Part shown: piece by piece, positions 11,731 to 24,300 of the stretch | How positions within the stretch are numbered: the first letter of the stretch is position 1 | How the letters are laid out: each line of letters starts with the position of its first letter | Source of the DNA: Perkinsus olseni | Lineage: Eukaryota | Length of the DNA stretch: 52,428 nucleotides | Direction: 5' to 3' | NCBI GenBank assembly: GCA_013115125.1 | Contig: JABANN010000215.1 | Coordinates: forward strand, 1-52,428 | Notes under the pieces: model-generated | What the model was told of the DNA's origin: nothing | Seen by the model: the letters and a program-made list of their open reading frames with translations, nothing else | Database searches by the model: none | Made by a program: the position numbers and the translations under genes

Positions 11731-12259
11731 ATGAAGTGCAGACGCCATCCATTAGGCTCCTCGACAATTTGTCTGCTCGGCGTCATTTTACTGACACTAT
11801 CTCAATGGCATGTCATCGAGAGTCTTTTTGGATACGATATATCACCGTCGGGATCTGTCGAGGAGTGGGCGTGAATTGCGCCATCAAATGGTCGTGGCCG
11901 ACACGTCCGTCTCTTTCAGCACCAAATGTGCTACCCCGATATTGCGTATTTGGCCCGGGCCGGGCAATGGCCGTTCATACTTGTCATATTAGGGAATGAC
12001 CTCTTCCTGGATGACGGAGGAGCCTGTGCGTCATACCGTTACCATTAGGAACGTGGGCATGAGTACAGTCCCTGAGTAGACGAGTTCTATCGTTGGAACC
12101 ACTTCCCAGTTCAAAAACACACTCAACTTGGTCTCTTCTTTGGACCCAAATGGTGATGAGTTCAGTTCAAAGGTGACCTTTCGGGTGACTAGCACCCAGA
12201 AAGCGAATGATTCTAAGAGTGCATCGTTTGGAACCTTTCGTTACGTAACAACCTATTAA
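11731..12259 (+). CDS. Small spliced secreted protein (about 112 aa): join(11731..11870,11920..11945,11993..12025,12080..12152,12193..12259); last exon uncertain
   Basis: Signal-like MKCRRHPLGSSTICLLGVILLTLSQWHVIES. Four GT-AG introns of 49, 47, 54 and 40 nt each remove an in-frame stop with consistent phases, giving ...EEWATKCATPILRNDLFLDDGGAYEFYRWNHFPVQKHTQLGLFFGPKCTQKAND... Confidence 0.55.
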
Positions 12260-13459
12260 AAATAACAAGTGGGCCGAAAACAATCCCTCGGAGGAAGATC
12301 GGAAGGAGTGTCTCTTCGCTAAGCTAGTCGCTTTCACCAGTCAAACACAGGTCAAACCACCTTCGTTGCGTAAAACGCTAGCATTGAACGCATGAGGCAT
12401 AGCACAACGCATTATGGACTCAAATACAGTTTATAACGTGTGAAACGCGAGATGTGGTATACAAAATGGGTGTAAACGCTTGATCATCTCCTGCTTGAAT
12501 CAAGCAGCTTGATGTGACGAAGCAGACTTATAAATTTTTCCAGTCTGAATCCGCCGGAAGTTCCGGAACGCAGGAACGGATACTCTCCCGACTACAAACT
12601 TCAACAATAGTCTGTTCAACAGACTCTATTGTCAACAGAGCTCCTCATCTACGCACGTCATAAGTATCATAGCCCCAAGTCTGCAGGCGCTTGCTGGTGT
12701 CTCCGGGTTGCTGTTCGACAAGCTCTCTCGCCGGGCAATAACCGTTTCACGTGATTCAAGAGTCGCTTCCGGAGTCGTTCGATTAATAAGTCAGTCGACC
12801 GGGAGCGTGGGGCAAGGACTATGTTAGTCCGATTAACAGGTGGAAAACCCGGCCCGAGAGTTTAAGTATAGGCCCCACACTTACTGGTTTTCGACCGATA
12901 CTATCGGTCCGATAGTCACATTACCTCCTTTGAGAGACCCAAGTTGGGTCACCCAACGCCTCGACAGGGGCTACCCCTCGGATCCCGAGAGCTCGGACGG
13001 ATGACTCTGCGCCGGACGAGTCATCCCTATGGCGCCCTAGGCAATCGTTCTGTGCCCACGGGCACGCGCCCGGCGCGAGAGAGACGGCGCGTCGCGCCGT
13101 CTCTACGCACCGCGCTAAAAATGGAACCTTTAAGAGTTCAACTTTCAAATGGTCTCATTTTGCACGTGGTTCGATTACCCGCAACTACTGCCTCCGTCTA
13201 AAGGCTCTCGGGAGTTTCCCGCCATTCACAGCTGCAGCTCCCCCCGGGGGAGTCCCCCGCTGAACATGTCTTGAACAGGCACACTCATGGTATCACGACC
13301 CATTAAGAACTCGTGGCCTGAAAGCCTTCAACTTCGAACATTTTTAACATGAGCGCGGCTTCGTGCTGACCTCGCCATCATCACCGAAATGCGACATGAA
13401 TAGGGCAGCACTGGCGATTTATCGCAGAGTGCTTGGTTTTCACTAAAAATCGGGGAAAA

Positions 13460-16400
13460 TCATTTTGTCTTCCTTCCTATCCCCGCCCGCTTCTTCTTTC
13501 CGCCTTTCTTCTTGATAACCCTGCGTTTCTGAGCTACTGCTCCTGCATTCGGCAGATTGGGATCCGATAGAAGTCGAGGCATCTGAAAAAGACTGATGGA
13601 ATACACGTGCACTATCTACATAACACAAACGAGCTGTGCTCATACAGTATGAGTCATACCAGCTTCCCGTCATCAATCCATTCCCTCAACTACTCCGCTC
13701 TCTATCTGCTCTATCTCGCTCACTATGAAATCTTCTATCGGCAGCGCGACATCAAGACAGTAGAGTAGCACCCAAGACATTGCGATGTTCGGAGCATAGG
13801 GAGGCAATCTTACTGCTGGAAAGCTCGCTGCGTCGCGTAGTCTTTGCTCGGGCAGGACCAACGCCCTTTCAAGCACTTCAGCATTGATCTCCGTCCCAAG
13901 TTGCTTCAAGCGAGCCGCCAATGCGGCAACCTCGTCCAGCTGCTCTTGTCGACGATTTCTCATCTTCAGCAGCAATGCGCACCGAGCAGTTGCGTCGCTC
14001 CGCCTATTTCCGTCATTCCGAGGTCCCCTGCTCTTCGACATCTCGCGGGTGCGCTTGTCGTAGCGGCCAGGCAGCAACCAGCTCGAATGTATAACTTTTT
14101 TCATCATAACGCAAGAAGGATCTCCTTGCAATCCAAAGCCGTCCGACGCAGTCAGTGAAGGTGCCTGAAGCGAACAGCCGCCTCAGCTGGGAGCTCGGCT
14201 GCTTTAAGTGACGGGAGAGGAGTCACCTTGCCGCTCGTCTCGGCGTTCCGTGCGCTTTCCGTCTCGAGTTTGCCCTTCTCCCAACTCCACCGGCTCAATG
14301 CAGATTCGACAGCTTTCCTCTCCCTCACCTTCCTCACCTCAGCCAAGGCCGCCCGACACGGACCCGCAGATGGGACACCTGAGCCGGAACTCGCAGGTAA
14401 CAGGATCACCATATCCGGGTCATGAAGTATCCCTCGCTGAGCTCATCCGGACGGCGATAGAGGCATCGAGAACTAAACCGATTTCAGTCTTCGCACCACG
14501 CCTCACGAGGCAGTACCACCCCAACTGCTTGTGGTCTATTTATCCACTAGAAATACTGCGATAATTCTAATCAGACGATGCAGACGAAGAAGAGCCGATG
14601 TTAACAGCCTCACGATTATCTCTACTTCTCTCAGTGTCTAGCCAGATTCTAGTGACCCATCAAGATCACCCGCGAACCGACCTGATGACGTGTTCTTGAT
14701 CGCACTAACAGGTCGGCTCAAGTCCACAGTGGAGGCTGTCTCAAAAGTGGCCCTCGATGAAGCGGCAGTTAGCGGGCGGCTTGATGCGTTACGCATCATC
14801 AACGTCTGAGCACAGAATGAACAGAAACCCGAGCCATGCAGTGTCCGTCACTTGAAACACCAAGTCAAGCGTGCTGGTGTATCTTAACGTGGACCCTATT
14901 CCTAGCCGAATTGCCAGACGCGTGTCGTTCGAAAGGCGTCCGCTGCCGAGGCAGGGATGACCCGCACCGATCAGTCTCAATGCCAATTTGCGGCGAGGGG
15001 CATCTCTGCGACACAGAGGTCCCCCTACAGTTTATATGGTATAACCATCATCTGCGATAACGGTTATAACTGGCAATCTGTAACGTTACCGCCTTACCGG
15101 CCCCTCCTTGACGCCTCCCAGCACTGCGCTTCTCGGCCTCATCGGCTGCTGCTCGAGAGTTGTGCCGCCCCTCTCGTAAACGGCAGACCGTGGTCGGAGG
15201 AGTTCCCTTGTGCTGCGCTGCGTCCGAAGGCTCACCGCGCTACCACTGTAGGTGGAGGCCGTCCTGGGCCGACGCAAATCAGCGTCGCTCCGAGACTTCA
15301 GTGTGACGATCCTCCTATCGTCCGCGCCAGTAGTGGTCCATTCCCTTCTAGAGACCACCGAGCCTGCCTCTTCGGATCGGTTGTGATCAACATGAGGCTC
15401 GTGGGTCGCTCTCACGAACCACCTGAGTGGAGAGTAGTGGAGACACGATGACACTATTTGCCATTGTACCAAGAGCTCAATAGGCCAGAACGCATAATAG
15501 GTTGCCAATAGGTTCGAGACCGATCCCGAGCCGGAGCCGATCCCGACATCAGTGATTGGGACAGTTGTTCCTTGGCGGTAAGCGAGACAATTATACTTTG
15601 TGCAGCACGCGTGCACAAAGCGTTTCGTCTTCTAGCGTTTAGCTAGAAACCGTTCCATCATTACTCACTAATCACTAATCACTTATCACACTTATACTTT
15701 TTTGAGTTTTCCTGATTATTATGTCCTCCAGTAATTCTCAGTCTGCGTTGCGTTCAGCTACCTGCAACTAAGTTGGAGCATTTCAACGCTTGACCATCGT
15801 CAATGAACGCCCAGTTGGCTCTATGCAACGAGTCCCCGTGGATGACATTTTGCCAAATGTCAAAGAAGGCTACGAGGCTCATCTTCGCTCATTATCAGCT
15901 CTACCACACAATGCCAGTGCGAGACCAAGTCGTGCTACACCGCCTGGTGTAGTGCTAGTGGTAGGTGTGCTACCACTGCCATTCCGTAGTTCACTTACTA
16001 ACTTAAGCGTAGAAACTCATCCTACAAGCTGCTCTGTTGAGCATAAACAGCCCAGCGCGCAGTGCGAAAGTGTCGGGTACGACCATTACAGAATCTCGAG
16101 TGGCTCAAGCTCCACTAACTCACTCATAGGCTTCGTCCAAGACTTTCAGGCTGCTTTCAGCATGCCCCGTAGCCGCTGGCAGACCCAACCTCGCTCTGGC
16201 AGCTGCACGCCTCTCCAAGGCCGTTCCGGCTTCGAGGATGCTGGACTCGACCAACTGATGGAGCTGACGGGAGATGACCGAACCTAGACGAGGAAAGGTG
16301 GCGTTTTGAGCGGATTCCCTCGCTTCGGATTGCTCACGCTGTTCGCTAGTGTTCGACCGGAGCCATGACATCATATGCTTGTATTTCGGTGAGGTCCGTA

Positions 16401-16820
16401 ATGTATGAGGAACCATCTGAAGCAGAAACACCACTGTGGTGTTCTGCTACTGTGACAGTAATCACGTTCCAATCAGGCCACGTGATTCGAGAGGTAGTCG
16501 ATGTGGGTAGATTGTCGACGAAGGCAAGCTTGGCGACAGAATTAAGGAATCATCAGGCTCGTGATAGACCATCAAACGATCATCAGTAGCCGACGTCCGA
16601 AGCAGCTATTCACAAGCACGCTGCTGTAGAGACATACATCATCGCTGATTTCTAGACTGGGACTTGGAGCGACTCTCGGCCGTCGAGTCGATAGGTCTGA
16701 AACACTCAGTTGTGCTGTGACGCACTGAATGACGTCACGGTCGGGGACTGTAACAGTTACGCAGTTATAGGTCGCTCCTCTAGTGCTATGGGCCACCGTC
16801 CATGATGGAGGCTCCATCAT
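13460..16820 (-). CDS. Multi-exon uncharacterised protein with repeated RP-x-(S/T)-A motifs and Lys-rich C-terminus; 5' end and some exons approximate
   Basis: Minus-strand exon-like segments at about 16400-16124 (SWLRSNTSEQREQ...LKVLDEAYE), about 15423-15097 (RPRTAS, RPRSAV twice), about 14806-14682 (RPLTA, RPVSA), about 14370-14228, about 14070-13814 (LAARLKQLGTEINAEVLERALVLPE), and a final phase-0 exon 13582-13460 (MPRLLSDPNLP...KKKGGKKKR...stop). Confidence 0.6.
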
Positions 16821-17403
16821 AAGTGCGCACAGGTTTCCGAGGACACTTGCACACAACTTCTGTCCTCAAGCTTGGCGTTTATCTAGCTTGTAAACCTCGC
16901 TACGTTTTACTATTAGTAATATGACACAGAGAGGAGAGAGAGAGATGTCCGAGATATACGAGGAAGATGTCTCTCTCCTGTCCGAGATATGGCACAGGTT
17001 TCCGACGATCACTAATAGAGTACTATGACATTACAATACTTAGAATAGGATAAAAGGACAAGGATACTTAAAACGGTACAAGAAGCATGTTTGCACTGTT
17101 TACATAACACAACCGAGCATCTAGAATTCTCTCGGCTACTCGCTCTATCCGCTCTCTGTCCTTCACTATCAGCCCAATCCACTGCACAGTCTATATTACA
17201 CAATGGAGCTATGCTCATACTAGCTTCGTATTATCAGCCATTTCTCTCAAGTACTCCACTTTCTATCTGCTCTATCTCGGTCACTATGAGCCCAACCTAA
17301 TTACGTTCGACATTTTCGAATCGACAACTACACCTACTAGACAACGAGACAATACATATTATTTTAGCACTAGTAACAACTTATATACTTTTTTTACGAG
17401 TAG

Positions 17404-17709
17404 ACTCTCAGGACCGAGGCCAATCAAGTGTGCCTTCTGGTCACTCGAGCGTCCGTGAACGATAATTCAGAAGATCCTCAATCCAGGGTCGACAGGGGCC
17501 CGATAGAGAGCTGAAAACTCTCACCTAGTTTGCTAGCACCACGGAAAGGGCCTCTACTCTGTCGAGAATCATGAGGATGGCTCATAAGGTAGTAGCAACG
17601 CAAAGACGGCCTGAAGAGAGCCTTACACCGGGCTGTCCCACACGAAAGCGAACGCTAGCTCGGATCAAACCTGCTTGAACCGATGATCAGTTACTGATAG
17701 GACTGATGC
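17404..17709. repeat. About 300-bp dispersed repeat, copy 2 (SINE-like)
   Basis: Direct-orientation homolog of 3941-4242 with the same boundaries. Confidence 0.85.
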
Positions 17710-18729
17710 CAGCCGCCGTGTTTGATTGAATTGTCTGGATACGCGACAGATCCGTCGATAAGACACTGGGCTTTTCATCAGAATCGGAATAAAGTTTAAA
17801 CACGATTATTGTCGCACGGTTCCTTGCTTTATCGAGAGGGTTATGATGGCTTTATAGCATTATCTCAATCCTCTCCCTACTCCATTCCGTCGAATGATTC
17901 ACAGACCGTAAAAAATGGGTAATGGAAAAATGCAGCAAAGTACAGGATTCAATAATTTGCCTAGTATCATCGAGGATGATAGTCAGTATCATGTGGCCTT
18001 GTATTCCTAATTTCTTCGTCAACTCAACGCGTTACGTATATTTCAAAAAATCTGAGAATCTCATGCAGCAGATTTGCTAGGTCTCTGACTCTGTGGCTCG
18101 GCGATTGCTCGCATTCGTCGGCAAGCTGTCGTCAGAACCCTAAGCTCGCTCCTCTCAATAAGAGTCAGTGAGAGGCTCTCATCGTCTTCTTCTAGATTCG
18201 TGTCTACGGCTGGCAGGTCTGTCTGTTGTATTCTTCTTGCTCATACGTGGAACGCAAGGCCAAAGGGAGCTTGTGAGATGGATCTTATAAAAGAGCTATT
18301 GCCCAGACTACTCTGCACGCATAAACATAGACGGAGCGTAACACGATGTCACGCCAAAAAGTTGTCCCTTGAAACTTTCAAGTTGAAATCTCCCAAATGG
18401 AACGTCGCACATTGGTGAAAAATGTTGGGCTCGCTGTAGCTGGTATGACGGGGACCTTAGACCAACTACTAACTTGATAGCACCAAGTCGCATGGCACGA
18501 ACTTCACAGAAGATACACTGCGCGGCAGCGTCCCCGTGACACGTTCACAGAATGTGATTCGGTAGAGTCGATACTTGCTACTCATCGCCAGCAAGCTACT
18601 GTTCTAAGGGTTCGCCGCTGCCGAACCCTCGCGCCACCATAGCGCCTACCGGAGTAGACCTATGGTTGGTGCTGTGCACCCTCCTTCCGCGGGGAGGCTC
18701 CTCTTAGGGCTAGCCCACTTCACGCCAAA

Positions 18730-19761
18730 ATGGTGTCGGTTGCTGTGCTCGTACGTCTGCAAATAGCGTTGCTAGCCTTGCTTGCGTGCATCGGCTATGC
18801 AACTACTCACTATCATCGAACTTCGGTCAGGATTCGTGTTTCACGAGGTACGCTCCGTAGATACTGTTGGCTCATTGGGTGGTGGATAACTCTGAGTGGC
18901 TATTGAAATAGTACTGGAGAGATTAGCCTTCAGCTTCGTTGCAAGTAGCAGGTCATGCTGAGCGGGTTGCCCAAACAATGGCGGGCGACCATTCCTAAAG
19001 CAGTTCCCCACTCCCCGTGGCGTTCTTCTGGACAGATCTGCTCGGGCGAATTCGCTACCGAAGTAGAAGGCGTACGTCTGGCCTACAATGTGGACAAGGA
19101 CGGTGATATCAAACTAAGTGCCGAGGGTCCAGACGGGCGACGATCCCGCGGTAGATCATTCCCTCTCAGGAAAGGTACCTCGCACTTGGACCCTGATGGA
19201 TTTTCCATCACGAATTACACCGTCGACTTTGGGCGCAGATCTCGCCGCCGTCAGCGCAGTTTCCTCCGCCCTGTCTCACGCCTCCTCCCGGATGCTAATC
19301 TTGAGGAAGGAGATTTGACCAACCTCACAATTGCAGACTTCGGGATTATCTTAGCCCGCCTTCGAGGCCAAGAACTGGAGTTAAACATCTGGAATACCCG
19401 TAGTCTGTCTCGAGGCTTGTTCAGATTTCGTGAGAGAAGGGGTGATCGGAACGAGGTGACCTACCGCATCGGCTCCGATGGACGTGTGGAAATTAACGTC
19501 GGTTGTCGCGGACTTGACGGCGTCAGCGCATCATTCAGCCTGGAGGAAGTGGGTGATCTACTCAGGGTATACTTTCTACGGTCTACCGAAGGTAGCTCCA
19601 TTGTGACCTTCCGAGAGCAGGTAGTTGAGCTCTGCGGTATCGGAGAGGGTGCAGACCTGTTTGAAGTGGTGCTCTTCGCGGACGAGGACAGAATTTACGT
19701 GCCTTATCCGATTCCGGGCCGGAACTCAGCACTCTTGCCTCTCGACAGGATCGCCAACTAG
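18730..19761 (+). CDS. Secreted two-repeat beta-rich protein: join(18730..18825,19036..19761), 273 aa
   Basis: Signal-peptide exon MVSVAVLVRLQIALLALLACIGYA ends at a GT donor (phase 0) and joins cag|ATC at 19036 in frame with the long ORF. Shares YxVDF, GDLxxL, GLF/GLY, DGxVxxxVGC and DLxxVxFA motifs with 49430-50173. Confidence 0.75.
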
Positions 19762-19986
19762 ACCTGATTCTTCACGCAGAGTCTCTGAATGATCAGCACT
19801 CAGTGCTCTGTAATTCTGTAGTTCATATTACTCGACGACAGGTCACCTTTCACAGATGGTTGGCATCTGTATATCTCTCACACTCTCACGCTGAGGTCTC
19901 TCACACTCGGCCTCAATGACAATATGACGATATGTCACTCGATCGCCCCCGTTATCATTTTTTTTCTTCTCGCTATCAGTCCGTCA

Positions 19987-21336
19987 TCAAGCACCATCTT
20001 CTGCCTGGTATTTTCTTCTCAAGTCTTCGGCGAAACGACGTACGATGTGCACTGCTGTACCGAAAGGAGTACTGGTGGCTTTGCAGAGTACTGTGTTACA
20101 CTGCCAGCTCGATATGCAGTCGCTACATTGCAGTGTGAACGGCCATGCTGAGGAGAGGCCAGCCAGGGGTAATCCAGAGGCTTCATGTTTCTCGTTGTTG
20201 GACGCATGTCCGTCTCCACCTGCGCCGCGCGTGGGTGGGTTTTGTAAGCAGCCGGACGGTATGGTCCGCGATCCTGTCTCACCGAGTGACACATGCTTCT
20301 GTATACGTTTTCGGAGTAAATCTGACGAGTATTCGTCTTTTTTCATCTTCTCTTCTTCGAAGTCACCGTCGTAGCTACGTGCAGCTGGCTCGCATTATCT
20401 CAGTACCAAGTACCCTCTGAAAGGGTCCCTTGGTCAGCGACAGGTCATGTCTTGCGTTGTGTCTTGCAGTGTCTCTCCTGAATATCGTGAGCAGTTCAGG
20501 ACCTGAACTGCAGGTCGAACTGCTGCAGCACTTCTGCAGGTTAGTCCACTACCGGCGTGTCGAAAACGCTGTTCTCGGCAGTGCCAGCCACAGACGAGTA
20601 CCGCATAATTTAAGTTTAAACTCATCCCATCACTCAAACGCGGCCCAGTAGAAGCTGCGTTCCTGCGAAGGCCCAATTCCTTCCGTCTTTCCCGTGCGAA
20701 GAGTTGTCGCACGGGTACGCACGTAACGGGGTAGGCCCGCAACCAGGACTTATCGCGCCGCAACCAGGAAACCCCTCGCGCGTGCCGCAAAATGCAGAGG
20801 GTTCGCGAAGAGTGCATCCAACACTCACCATAAGATCGTCCTAATTCTTCTTTCCGGCGGTCCGTGTCGGGCTATATTCGACTTGCCGAACCTGTTCATC
20901 ATCTCATCTCTGCTTCTGCCACCTTCGAGCAGGCGTTCGACGAGATTCCACATCTGTGCGGAGCTCCGAGATGAACCCTTCGAACTTCCCTTCGGTAGAC
21001 CTGCGAGACGGTACCAGGATTCAACTAATGATGAGTTACTGATATGACTTATATATTGCGCACAGTGAAGGCCGAAAACACTTCGTGAAGAGACGCCCGA
21101 GCGGCAACTCGGCTTCGAGCTCCCTGGGAGAGGCGAAAGAAAGCAGAATTGAACTTGCAAAGGTTCTCGAGGCACTCGCAAACTGCAAGTTGCTGAGTTT
21201 GATTGAATTGACTGCGCACACAACAGATCCGTCGATGAGACACTGGGCTCCTTAGCAGACCCAGAATAAACTTCGAAGACACGAAAAAGTCTGCGCCAGC
21301 TCGAGAAGGCTTAACGCCGGCGGCGTCGAGAACCAT
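19987..21336 (-). CDS. Probable multi-exon uncharacterised gene directly downstream of SHMT; exon model and start uncertain
   Basis: Series of protein-like open minus-strand segments, several ending at GT donors (CECLENLCKFNSAFFRLSQGARSR; QMWNLVERLLEGG; RQLFARERRKELGLRR; ELLTIFRRDTARHNARHDLSLTKGPFQR; DFEEEKMKKDEYSSDLLRKRIQK; HIVRRFAEDLRRKYQAEDGA-stop). Confidence 0.4.
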
Positions 21337-24300
21337 TACGGGTGAGCTTTCCCTATTTGCTCGAAACTTGAGGCGAATGTCTCAACCTGAGAGTCGAGGC
21401 GCTCGAGCCCGAATATTCAGACCTTTTAGAACTCAGAAGTCCGGTATAATGAGCGTCAGCATGGGCTTTCAAACCACTATGAGTATACGTACACATCAAT
21501 GCTAAGATGAGCAAGTGAGCGCAAGATAGCAAGATTTTGCACATGCGTGTGATTTTGAAACCAAACGCCGTCGCTGGCTTAGTTAGACTCAAGCTAATGC
21601 GGTGGGACTTCGCATACGTGGTATGCCAAATCGTATGTCATACGACATTCCATGCTATTGACATGCTTCTTGACGAACCACCTTATTGCAATGTTCAGCA
21701 ACGCTACAGGGAGTCCCTAACTAAGCATATCGGCAGAACTAAGCCGGAAACTGGCTTTAGACTAGAAACTTTCCCACACGATATTCCGCATTCTGTGCCA
21801 TTGTACTGGAAAACTTCATTCCAAAAGCCCCGATCCTAGGTCGTGCCTATCGGGTCTGTTGCGGACCGCTCGCCCACCTCTCTCCTCAGTTCCTCAATCT
21901 CCGGTATGTCATGTTCCTCGATGAATTTGTTGAACGCCGCTTGCTTGGAAGATCCGACGCGCTTCTGTACCTGCACCGTCGACGAGAATGTTCTATCGTA
22001 ACTCAACTCTAGCTGTTAGAGTCTAGCACCGACGCCAAGCGTTTTGGGCAGGGACAGTGGCCGTTGGAAGGCGGACAGAGCGTCAGTGACTCTTCGCTGT
22101 TGTCCCTTCATCTCAACTACTAGTGAGCAGCCTATTACTGCGGCGTATGGTCCGATAAAAGACCTTTCGGATCCGGAAAAATCTAGCAGACATTTCCTAT
22201 CTCAATTAAAATCCGGCCAGAAATTATGTTTCGTAGCCGTAGTAGCAGTAGCGAGGCAAAAGACTAGTGTGTGTCCAATGACCCACCTCTAATGCGATGT
22301 CCACCGTTCGATTCAGAAAATGCGCGACTCGACGGAAGTCTTCTTCAGTGCACCCTGAAAAGACATTTAACACTCCGCAAATTTGAACTAATCGGTTGCT
22401 TGAGCAACGGAAATCACGTGGAGGACGTGCCGCAGCACCGCCAGCTCAAAGCGACCTAATACCCGATAAATGCATTTCAACAACCGCTTGCTACCTTCCA
22501 TTCTCGACACACCATTTCTGTGATGTATCTACACAATTGTTGTCCCTTCCTGAGGGAGTCCTTCCTACTCAAGCTCACACAATCTGTCTCTGTATGTCTT
22601 TCGCTGTTACTAACATAACTATCTCCTCTGGAGTTACCCTATCGAGTTCTTCAAGTAGACTACAATTTCATACTCGAATCCCGTAACCACTTCAAAACGG
22701 CGTGTCCCCATAGCACCTCTAGAAGTCATCGCTGGGCTTCCAATTCTGAGACCGCTCGGGTTCATCGCACTCTTGTCGCCCGGTACGGTGTTCTTATTCA
22801 GAGTGATGGAGGCAAGTTCACACACCTGAGATTTGGCAAAGAAGATATGCAATTGGAGAACCAGTCTATCAGCACAAAAAACCCCAGCGCAATCCCACAG
22901 GGCCCAGGTGAGAACTTTTATAGAAAAAGAGAAGATGACAACCTGTTCGCAGTGAATCTAAGGCCGCCTCACAGACTCTAAATGGTATCCGACAGAATCC
23001 CCTCCCCGCGGTTCGTAGCTCAGCACCCCCTACCTTCTCGACTTTGCTACCATTGATTCCCTTGTTCTTCAAATCAACCAGCATCAAGTGGTTCTCCGTA
23101 CCTCAAATCGACCAACTCTCGCCCAGAATCCACCGGTATGCTCCCCTGAGAGAAGACACCCCACCCTCACCTCCAGAAACTAAATTGAATCCCAACTTCT
23201 GCATCTCCGTGGCCAGCGCTGCGGCATTGGCAACAACCTGAAATCCGAATATGTCAGACTTAAGCTACAAATCGCTGCTGACCTGCTCCTGATACTCCCG
23301 AAACTCGACCGAAGCTGCCTGCTTTAGGGCGACAGATAGGCCCGCGATGATGTGGTTGTGAGGTCCTCCCTGAAGTAACGAAGAACTCTCCGCCTTCAAC
23401 CAAATTTTCCGCATTTTTCGAAACACAACCGAACCCGCTGATTCTGACTGCGCGTAAGAGTTCCGTAGAACTACGAGAGAAACAACCAAATACGCGCGAA
23501 TACTATAGACACCGGGTTCATGATCAGTGATGCTCCGATGGTCTCTAGTAAGGCCCTCCGATAGCAGCAATATTATGAAGGCTATTCATGGTGAAGGGTG
23601 AACAAAAATCGACAATCACCCCCGCTTACCTGCATGCCGGGGAAAACAGTCGAGTTTATCTTTTCCGCATAATCATAAGCTATGGCGTTGCCCTTCTTAT
23701 CAACACCCTTTTGACCTATCCGATAGAATATCATAGCTCCTCTCGGACCTGAGTCAGGAAGCTCCAACTCGAGTGCACCTTCGAGTGCGTAACATACTCA
23801 CCTCTCAACGTCTTGTGAGTGGTAGTGGTAACAACGTCACAATCCTCAAACGGCGACGGATGTACCTTCATACCACACCATTCGTTATTCATCCTTCGTT
23901 TAAGCGACCAGTCGAAATCCCATATCCAGAGCGACGCCCCTTACCCCAGCAGCAACGAGTCCCGAGATGTGCGCCATGTCGCACATGAGGCTCGAACCTG
24001 CGAAGGTTTTGGATCACGGCAGAGCACACGATAAAAATCCCGCTCCAACCTCGTCGTCAGACGACTACGATTCGACCATCACTTACCCGACTTATCCGCG
24101 ATTTCTCGAAAACGTTTGAAGTCGGGGAAACGGGGATACGCGGAGTAGCCCGTGATGAGAATTTTCGGCCTGAACCTGCGAAAAGAATAAAAATAAAACA
24201 AGAGCAACGCACCGAGAGCACCCGCTCCTCTTAAGACTCGAGAAAGGCGATTCTCCGATACTTCGCGTTGAGGAGCTGTAGAAAGTTAACCCGATGGATT

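Noticed and set aside
18955-19035. ORF-track start MLSGLPKQW for the 19761-ending gene
   Set aside because: It lacks a signal peptide, while an upstream signal exon splices in frame at 19036, so this stretch is probably intron.
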